Source: a virus. From it: a stretch of 39,407 nt of DNA. The stretch lies in IMG/VR virus record IMGVR_UViG_3300014962_000001, positions 1 to 39,407 of that record. One strand, 5' to 3'. Below the pieces are notes generated by a model. That model had not been told where the DNA came from and ran no database searches. It was given only the letters and a program-made list of their open reading frames with translations. Of the stretch, positions 28,013 to 33,488 are shown piece after piece; within the stretch, counting starts at the first letter, position 1; the number at the start of each line of letters is the position of its first letter. Position numbers and translations under genes: made by a program.

Positions 28013-28328
28013 CTTTATAGCCTTTCAGGTACTTCTTGTTGTATTCCTTTTTACAAGACTTACACCAAGTAGAGTAGCCAGTGAATGTTTTCTTATCTAC
28101 ATTAAAGTCAGACAAAGACTTCTCTTCGTTACAAGCAGTGCAAAGCTTATGTCCTTTATCCATTGCTTCCTTAATAGCCTTTTTCTTCAAGAAAGATGCC
28201 TTTTGAGCGGCTTTACGATCCTGATACTTTGGAGAAGCATTAGGACTACGGCCATAAGGTTCTGCATAACTAAAGACAGAAACATCTTTAGGTACATAAC
28301 TTTGAATGTTGTTAATCGGTGAAGTCAT
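27990..28328 (-). CDS. zinc-finger protein (first gene of the minus arm)
   Basis: CTAC...(17)...CKSC motif. AAAGGA RBS. Confidence 0.5.
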   Translation of the reverse strand: MTSPINNIQSYVPKDVSVFSYAEPYGRSPNASPKYQDRKAAQKASFLKKKAIKEAMDKGHKLCTACNEEKSLSDFNVDKKTFTGYSTWCKSCKKEYNKKYLKGYKDDKAIGE

Positions 28329-28551
28329 AGTCTTTATCCTTTCATAGGAGACTGTGTAGTCTATAGAATTTCTTTAACGTACAGGAATCTAAGATAAATA
28401 TATACTTTAAGTTAATACTTGTCTTAGTTCCCTTACAGGTGTACGTAATCCTGTCTAAGATGCTTTGTAGTGGGGTCAGGCTACTTAGCAACTCAGAAGT
28501 CTTTATCTTGAGTTCCTGATGTGTCTTTACATTTAATCAACACATACATAT

Positions 28552-28580
28552 ATCTTAGCACGTATTTTACTTCATGTCAA
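28552..28580 (-). promoter_or_regulatory. sigma70-like promoter (minus strand): TTGACA-N17-TAAGAT
   Basis: Read from the reverse complement of 28552-28580. Confidence 0.45.
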
Positions 28581-28707
28581 GTCTTTTCTACAATTTCTTT
28601 TAAAATTTCTTAGCCAGTGCGTTTTTTATACTTTAAAGGTACCTCTATAGTTCCCCTTTCAGGGTGCTCGGATTCCTCCTCAGCTCCTTCCTAGATTTCC
28701 CTTACAT

Positions 28708-28736
28708 ATCATACACTTATATTTGATATCTGTCAA
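28708..28736 (-). promoter_or_regulatory. sigma70-like promoter (minus strand): TTGACA-N17-TATGAT
   Basis: Read from the reverse complement of 28708-28736; 11/12 match to consensus. Confidence 0.6.
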
Positions 28737-28823
28737 GTACTTTTTAGGTCTATTTTTACTTTTTTGTGTGCCTATGTAGCTCCTGCAAAAGTTACACAAC
28801 AGCAACACCCCTCCCCCCCATGT

Positions 28824-28842
28824 CTTACAAGATCCTTACAAG
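28824..28842 (+). promoter_or_regulatory. Two CTTACAAG copies in 11-bp phase
   Basis: Copies at 28824-28831 and 28835-28842, preceded by the C-tract CCCCTCCCCCCC (28808-28819). Confidence 0.5.
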
Positions 28843-28857
28843 TCTATGCCTCTAAAG

Positions 28858-28877
28858 TTATCCACAGGTTATCCACA
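28858..28877 (+). promoter_or_regulatory. Two perfect DnaA boxes (TTATCCACA) in 11-bp phase
   Basis: aGTTATCCACAgGTTATCCACAc; boxes at 28858-28866 and 28869-28877. Confidence 0.6.
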
Positions 28878-28974
28878 CTTCGTTGACATTGTCGTCAGAG
28901 TGCCACTTGAACGACACTTAATTGGGGACAGATTAGTGCTTAAAAAGTAGGCAGTGTGAGGGGTGATGTAGAAC

Positions 28975-29004
28975 CCTACAAAGCAAACCTACAAAGCAAA
29001 CCTA
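28975..29004 (+). repeat. 13-bp tandem repeat CCTACAAAGCAAA, about 2.3 copies
   Basis: 28975-28987 equals 28988-29000, followed by a partial CCTA. Confidence 0.85.
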
Positions 29005-29006
29005 GT

Positions 29007-29036
29007 AAGACAGCTGTCAGGATTTTATAGCATAAT
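29007..29036 (+). promoter_or_regulatory. Candidate early promoter AAGACA-N18-CATAAT, containing the palindrome GACAGCTGTC
   Basis: Weak -35. Perfect 10-bp palindrome at 29009-29018. About 65 nt upstream of the first plus-arm gene. Confidence 0.3.
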
Positions 29037-29100
29037 GCGTCCCTGTCGGCCCCAGGGTATCGGAGCATGTCGCCCCGACTGGTGGCTGGAGGGTTCTGAC

Positions 29101-29349
29101 ATGGCAAAGGTCTCAAGGCTCTTCGTGGGCAATCTGTCCAATGGCACGCCTACGGAAGCTGCTATGCGCGAGGATGGCGCTATGTTCCGTCGCTTTTATG
29201 AATTCAATGGCACGGGCAAGGCCTGGACGAAATGGGTCAAGATGGAGGAGCAGTACTGGACTGGCGAGGGGAAAGAACACCTGTCATGTGGCTTCGGTTC
29301 TTATCGTGAAATCAACGCAGACGGTTGCAAGTATCGTCTGCCAAATTAA
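29101..29349 (+). CDS. early hypothetical protein
   Basis: GGAGGG RBS 6 nt before the ATG (MAKVSRLFVGN...). High GC. Confidence 0.55.
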   Translation: MAKVSRLFVGNLSNGTPTEAAMREDGAMFRRFYEFNGTGKAWTKWVKMEEQYWTGEGKEHLSCGFGSYREINADGCKYRLPN

Positions 29350-29394
29350 CCTAAAAAACATCGCAAAGCAAGGGTAAACACCAGCGAAGCGACT

Positions 29395-29423
29395 ATTGTA
29401 GGGGCCTCCAAAGCCTCTACAAT
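29395..29423 (+). other. Stable RNA hairpin (11-bp stem, 7-nt loop) without a U tract
   Basis: ATTGTAGGGGC-ctccaaa-GCCTCTACAAT, with one G-U pair. Confidence 0.6.
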
Positions 29424-29454
29424 GGCACCGTCACCAACCAAACAGGAGCAAACC

Positions 29455-29661
29455 ATGAAGCTGATTCACCGCCAAGGCAACAACAGAACATACCGAACAG
29501 ACAAGGGCGACATCGAGATTGTGGTCTGTCTTGATCGCAATCTGTACGTCAGACCAGGTTACTATGTCCGCGTCTCTTATAAGTATCCTGATGAAGTTAT
29601 GACAACTGCTTATTCATCCGGAAAGCGTGCTGCAATGGCAGCTTATAAGTCAATGACCTGA
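29455..29661 (+). CDS. early hypothetical protein
   Basis: AGGAGCAAACC ATG context (MKLIHRQGNN...). Confidence 0.55.
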   Translation: MKLIHRQGNNRTYRTDKGDIEIVVCLDRNLYVRPGYYVRVSYKYPDEVMTTAYSSGKRAAMAAYKSMT

Positions 29662-29675
29662 CCAAAGGAAACACC

Positions 29676-29756
29676 ATGAAAAATCTTGAATCGGTTGTCT
29701 ATTCTTTCATCTGTTCTATTCCGCTGGCTGTCTTTGTCTTGAAGCATTTCATTTAA
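29676..29756 (+). CDS. 26-aa hydrophobic micro-protein
   Basis: AAAGGAAACACC ATG; MKNLESVVYSFICSIPLAVFVLKHFI. Confidence 0.45.
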   Translation: MKNLESVVYSFICSIPLAVFVLKHFI

Positions 29757-29767
29757 AGGAGCAAACC

Positions 29768-29860
29768 ATGAAACGAATCAATTGGCCGGATGTGGCATAT
29801 GCTGTCGTGTGCTGTGCTGTCTTTGCCCTCTGGGGTGTCTTGCTAGGACTAGGGGTGTAA
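29768..29860 (+). CDS. 30-aa hydrophobic micro-protein
   Basis: AAAGGAGCAAACC ATG; MKRINWPDVAYAVVCCAVFALWGVLLGLGV. Confidence 0.45.
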   Translation: MKRINWPDVAYAVVCCAVFALWGVLLGLGV

Positions 29861-29891
29861 CATAGGCGACACCGTGTAGCGTTTTAGTCTG

Positions 29892-29900
29892 TGCTAGAAT
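29892..29900 (+). promoter_or_regulatory. Extended -10 promoter candidate TGcTAGAAT
   Basis: TG at 29892-29893 and TAGAAT at 29895-29900. About 75 nt upstream of the acidic protein gene. Confidence 0.35.
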
Positions 29901-29973
29901 GCTATGCAGTGACGTACTGTGACGCACTCAGCCGCCTGACTGTCTCAGGCATCAACCTCTAAAGGTATCAATC

Positions 29974-30315
29974 ATGGCTATCGTTCAAACCCTGACTAAA
30001 TCAGCATTCATCGACGCATTCAAACAATCCTCACGTAAAGATCAATTCTCATACCACGGCCTTGAGTGCCTTTTTGAGTACCTGGAAGAGTACAGCGATA
30101 GCACTGGCGAGCCGTTCGAGCTTGACGTAATCGCCATTTGCTGCGATTTTACCGAAGCATCCTATAAAGACATCGCCAACGATTCCCGCATTGACCTGAG
30201 CGATGCTGATGGCGATGCTGAGGAAGAATACCGCATTGTCTTGGAGTACCTGCAAGACAACACCCAAGTTATTGAGCTGGGCGACGATGAAACCCTGATC
30301 TATCAATGCTTCTAA
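29974..30315 (+). CDS. highly acidic early protein (candidate DNA mimic / anti-restriction)
   Basis: 113 aa; hand count gives 27 D+E against 7 K+R. Confidence 0.6.
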   Translation: MAIVQTLTKSAFIDAFKQSSRKDQFSYHGLECLFEYLEEYSDSTGEPFELDVIAICCDFTEASYKDIANDSRIDLSDADGDAEEEYRIVLEYLQDNTQVIELGDDETLIYQCF

Positions 30316-30323
30316 GGGCTTCC

Positions 30324-30491
30324 ATGTATAAAATCGTTGAAAAATCTAATCCATTAGCCGTTCATTGTCTTTGTGACAGCCTAGAACGGGCACAGCATTG
30401 GGTTGACGTTAAAGCCGTGGAATACTGTCTTAAAGGTTATTTCATGGATAAGACGCTCACGTCTGAGTCTTTTATGATTGTGGAGGCATGA
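30324..30491 (+). CDS. hypothetical protein
   Basis: MYKIVEKSNPL...; the track start at 30306 is an alternative. Confidence 0.4.
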   Translation: MYKIVEKSNPLAVHCLCDSLERAQHWVDVKAVEYCLKGYFMDKTLTSESFMIVEA

Positions 30492-30685
30492 TGTACCAAG
30501 TACAATTCATCACCAGTGGCATTGTGGCGTTCAGCAGTCACGATAGAGGCCTCTGCACATACTTTATCGAGTGCAACAACTATGCACCTGATGTACCTGA
30601 GGTTGACCCTGACACAGGAGAGCTTACAGGATTGTGGCTCAAGGGCGATTGTTTGAATCTGTTTGTCTTAAGGAAAGTGAAATGA
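30488..30685 (+). CDS. hypothetical protein
   Basis: 65 aa; ATGA overlaps at both ends. Confidence 0.45.
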   Translation: MMYQVQFITSGIVAFSSHDRGLCTYFIECNNYAPDVPEVDPDTGELTGLWLKGDCLNLFVLRKVK

Positions 30686-30912
30686 AAGATCACCAACTAT
30701 GGATTGATACGATCAATCTAAACACTCAAGCGGGCAAGACCATGAAAGAGGCCCTGTTATGCGCTGATGCCTTGTCTGGTTGGCCGTTTAAGTACGTCAA
30801 CGGAGAACAAACTCCAGATAGTGTCGCATTAGAGACAATGAAACAGCCTAGACCATTGACAGCCTATGAATCTGTTATGTCTGATCCTGATACAAAGGAA
30901 GCTTTAATTTAA
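30682..30912 (+). CDS. hypothetical protein
   Basis: MKDHQLWIDT...; GGAAAGTGAA RBS. Confidence 0.45.
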   Translation: MKDHQLWIDTINLNTQAGKTMKEALLCADALSGWPFKYVNGEQTPDSVALETMKQPRPLTAYESVMSDPDTKEALI

Positions 30913-30932
30913 ACAAAGAAAGCGAGTTTAAA

Positions 30933-31748
30933 ATGAAATTCAACGTAAAAAATAAACATATTTTTGATGGCGCACAGGTGTCAGGTAACGCACAAGTGTC
31001 AGGTAACGCACGGGTGTCAGGTGACGCACAGGTGTCAGGTGACGCACAGGTGTCAGGTGACGCATGGGTGTCAGGTAACGCATGGGTGTTAGGTGACGCA
31101 TGGGTGTCAGGTAACGCATGGGTGTTAGGTGACGCACGGGTGTTAGGTAACGCACAGGTGTTAGGTGACGCACGGGTGTTAGGTAACGCACGGGTGTTAG
31201 ATAACGCATGGGTGTCAGGTGACGCATGGGTGTCAGGTAACGCATGGGTGTTAGGTGACGCACAGGTGTTGGGTAACGCACAGGTGTTAGGTAACGCACA
31301 GGTGTTAGGTGACGCACGGGTGTTAGGTAACGCACAGGTGTTAGGTAACGCACAGGTGTTAGGTAACGCACAGGTGTTAGGTGACGCACGGGTGTCAGGT
31401 GACGCACAGGTGTTAGGTAACGCATGGGTGTCAGGTGATGCATGGGTGTCTGGTAACGCCTGGGTGTCTGGTGACGCACAAGTGTATGGTGACGCACGGG
31501 TGTCAGGTAACGCATTAATTGAAAAAACGAGCGATTACCTCCTAATAGGACCTGCCAAATCTTCTGGTCGATTCACAACTGCACATAAAGACTCTAAAAT
31601 TGGGGTACGTGTTAATTGTGGATGCTTTACAGGTACTGTAAAAGAGTTTTCAGATGCTATCGAAAAGACACACAAAGATAACAAAGAACATTTAGAACAG
31701 TATAGGATGTTCTGCCAACTGATCACCTTTAACTTTGGAGTCACCTAA
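30933..31748 (+). CDS. hexapeptide-repeat (predicted beta-solenoid) protein with a conserved C-terminal CGCF domain
   Basis: 31 consecutive G-[ND]-A-[QRW]-V-[SL] hexads, then LLIGP...VNCGCFTGTVKEFSDAIEKTH... I recognise this as a recurrent but uncharacterised phage protein architecture. Confidence 0.8.
   Translation: MKFNVKNKHIFDGAQVSGNAQVSGNARVSGDAQVSGDAQVSGDAWVSGNAWVLGDAWVSGNAWVLGDARVLGNAQVLGDARVLGNARVLDNAWVSGDAWVSGNAWVLGDAQVLGNAQVLGNAQVLGDARVLGNAQVLGNAQVLGNAQVLGDARVSGDAQVLGNAWVSGDAWVSGNAWVSGDAQVYGDARVSGNALIEKTSDYLLIGPAKSSGRFTTAHKDSKIGVRVNCGCFTGTVKEFSDAIEKTHKDNKEHLEQYRMFCQLITFNFGVT
30966..31523 (+). repeat. 31 x 18-nt near-perfect tandem repeat (coding)
   Basis: Unit GGTRACGCAYRGGTGTYA read directly from the sequence; 558 nt. 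Confidence 0.95.
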
Positions 31749-32002
31749 TGAAAGCAACTGTATACACCATTGAGGATGAATACTTAGGTATTCTATTGAC
31801 AGTCGAAGGTGAATTGGTAGAATACAATGCTATTGATGAACCGCCTTTTATTGTCATTCAAGAGATTTCACATGATGGAAAGCCACTAGAACTATGGTGT
31901 CTCAGTGAAGCATTCATCAAACACTGTCAGGATAGAATCTTTCAACAATGGTGCAGTGAAGTGTTTACACATAGTAAACTGAGGAGCAAGTCCAATGCGT
32001 GA
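31748..32002 (+). CDS. hypothetical protein
   Basis: 84 aa; ATG overlaps the preceding stop. Confidence 0.5.
   Translation: MKATVYTIEDEYLGILLTVEGELVEYNAIDEPPFIVIQEISHDGKPLELWCLSEAFIKHCQDRIFQQWCSEVFTHSKLRSKSNA
31796..31823 (+). promoter_or_regulatory. Intragenic sigma70-like match TTGACA-N16-TAGAAT
   Basis: 11/12 match to consensus, but it lies inside a CDS. Confidence 0.3.
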
Positions 32003-32075
32003 ACAGCTTAAATTGACTGGTTTACTGGCTTTTGTGGTGATTCTTTACATCATCGGAGGTTGGATAGATGCTTGA
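31995..32075 (+). CDS. 26-aa hydrophobic micro-protein
   Basis: GAGGAG RBS; MREQLKLTGLLAFVVILYIIGGWIDA. Confidence 0.4.
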   Translation: MREQLKLTGLLAFVVILYIIGGWIDA

Positions 32076-32181
32076 GCACTGCGTTGATCGAATGATTCGG
32101 ATGGTTTTGGAGTTCTTCCTACCATCGCCAGTTCCGAAAGAACGTAAAAAGGCTCAGGAAGGCCCTAAATCGGGCGTTTAA
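32068..32181 (+). CDS. 37-aa hypothetical peptide
   Basis: MLEHCVDRMIRMVLEFFLPSPVPKERKKAQEGPKSGV; overlaps the preceding ORF. Confidence 0.25.
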   Translation: MLEHCVDRMIRMVLEFFLPSPVPKERKKAQEGPKSGV

Positions 32182-32220
32182 GAGGCTTTCAGAAAAAATA
32201 CATATCAGGAAGACACCAAA

Positions 32221-32240
32221 CGCCTGAAAGGGCGCATTTT
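32221..32240 (+). terminator. Weak intrinsic terminator candidate
   Basis: CGCCU-GAAA-GGGCG stem-loop followed by CAUUUU. Confidence 0.3.
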
Positions 32241-32260
32241 AAGACTGTGAGGAACCTAAA

Positions 32261-32497
32261 ATTCGTTGTACGTGCTGTAATAAAAGATTGACCGACTATG
32301 AGACAACCCTCAAACACGCTGTTACGGGTGAGTACTTGGACACTTGTTTGGATTGTCTGAGTGACATTGCTCACGATGTACCATTGCCAGTGAAAGCTAG
32401 GAAAGACCTTGTTCCTGACATGGACATTCACGAAGAAGTTGACGAACTGACAGAACAGGAGTATAATAAATACTCTAGAGACACTGAAGAAGACTAA
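32261..32497 (+). CDS. zinc-ribbon protein; start uncertain (possible AUU start at 32261; track uses TTG at 32288)
   Basis: The frame is open from 32243. The first CxxC (CTCC) lies upstream of the TTG. GAGGA sits 7 nt before the ATT. The second CxxC is CLDC. Confidence 0.45.
   Translation: MRCTCCNKRLTDYETTLKHAVTGEYLDTCLDCLSDIAHDVPLPVKARKDLVPDMDIHEEVDELTEQEYNKYSRDTEED
32439..32467 (+). promoter_or_regulatory. sigma70-like promoter TTGACG-N17-TATAAT ahead of the replication module
   Basis: 11/12 match to consensus with a perfect -10, at the 3' end of the last early gene. Confidence 0.6.
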
Positions 32498-32503
32498 GAA
32501 GAC

Positions 32504-32585
32504 ACCTAAGACATAAAAGTAAATAATATTATAAGTTAATATATAAATATGTTACTTATATGTTGTTTAAGTTAATGTCTTAGGT
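32504..32585. repeat. Inverted repeat ACCTAAGACAT / ATGTCTTAGGT flanking a 60-nt A/T-rich loop
   Basis: Arms at 32504-32514 and 32575-32585. The loop contains TAAGTTAAT twice. Confidence 0.85.
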
Positions 32586-32664
32586 ACTGTAAAGTATCCT
32601 TTAAAGATAGGGTATCACATTTTGTCTGTTTTGTCTATTAGGGTAAATCCTTAGATTGGAGCAC

Positions 32665-32835
32665 ATGATGTCTGAATATGACCAAGAGGAAGCGTTCTAC
32701 TACTGGGTTTTGTCTGATGTTTGTAGTCTTATCCGTCGATATGGTTACACTAAAGTACTCATTGATATAGACAAAGTATTGAAGAATGAGGATCTAGAAA
32801 TAGAGATTAAAAACATCATGGATGAAGAACAATGA
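32665..32835 (+). CDS. small acidic hypothetical protein (56 aa; not in the ORF track)
   Basis: MMSEYDQEEAFYYWVLSDV...; first ORF after the AT-rich region. Confidence 0.45.
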   Translation: MMSEYDQEEAFYYWVLSDVCSLIRRYGYTKVLIDIDKVLKNEDLEIEIKNIMDEEQ

Positions 32836-32884
32836 TTGTGTCTGTTATAATTGGTCTTTTGACACTTGTTAAGGTAGCAATGAA

Positions 32885-33145
32885 ATGACTTTTACTGTTG
32901 ACTTGAACATTGAGAATTGTCCTGTTACTGTTGAGTTTGAATGGACTGGACGAGATGAGGATTCTGGGCCTAATTGGGAAACTATGCAGGTGCTGGCCTT
33001 CCTGAACAATGTAGGCTCCTCTGGAGGCTCCTATTGGGTTAGAATCAATGACCTATTGAGTGATGAGCAATGGGTTAAGATTGAACACGCTATTTATGAC
33101 AACTGGAAAGACCTTGAAAGGCAATTCTATGAGCAAGAGTATTGA
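32885..33145 (+). CDS. hypothetical protein
   Basis: 86-aa ORF. Confidence 0.5.
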   Translation: MTFTVDLNIENCPVTVEFEWTGRDEDSGPNWETMQVLAFLNNVGSSGGSYWVRINDLLSDEQWVKIEHAIYDNWKDLERQFYEQEY

Positions 33146-33488
33146 CAAAAAGGCCGAGCAGCCCCGTGGCGAAGCCACATTAGCACAGCAAGAGCCTGTC
33201 TCATGGGAGAGGTTCATGTCAGTTGAAAAAGAACTGCAAGACATGACCGCTGAATTTATGAGAGTTGCCAAAGAGCTGGTCGCGCTCAAAGCACAGCCAA
33301 GCAAGCCGCTGACGGATGAGCAGATCAACCTATTCATCAATGGACGAGGCGAAGAAGGCGATGATGATTACGTCGAACCAACTGGAGACGGTTTTTGTTT
33401 GACGGACGCCGATCTTGTGCAGCTTGTTCGACGGGTGGAGGTCGCCCACGGCATTATGTCCGTATCGGACGGCAAGGGGAACGCATGA
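33129..33488 (+). CDS. hypothetical protein
   Basis: MSKSIDKKAEQ...; ATGA overlap with the primase start. Confidence 0.5.
   Translation: MSKSIDKKAEQPRGEATLAQQEPVSWERFMSVEKELQDMTAEFMRVAKELVALKAQPSKPLTDEQINLFINGRGEEGDDDYVEPTGDGFCLTDADLVQLVRRVEVAHGIMSVSDGKGNA

Noticed and set aside
28883-28888. Perfect TTGACA just after the DnaA boxes as the early promoter -35
   Set aside because: No acceptable -10 hexamer lies 16-19 bp downstream (CTTGAA/ACTTGA). It is kept only as part of the control-region description.
29035-29100. ATG at 29035 as the start of the first early gene (104-aa version)
   Set aside because: There is no RBS, and the ATG overlaps the candidate -10 (CATAAT). The downstream ATG at 29101 has a GGAGGG RBS.
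30940-31515. 191-aa minus-strand ORF (LTPVRH/LTPVRY repeats) opposite the hexapeptide gene
   Set aside because: It is a shadow ORF. The 18-nt periodicity simply lacks stop codons on the complementary strand, there is no RBS, and the whole arm is transcribed in the plus direction.
30966-31523. Possible CRISPR array or diversity-generating retroelement target
   Set aside because: The units are contiguous with no spacers and lie in frame within a CDS, so this is not CRISPR. No reverse transcriptase or template repeat exists in the genome, and the substitutions are mostly transitions of several kinds rather than adenine-specific, so it is not a DGR.
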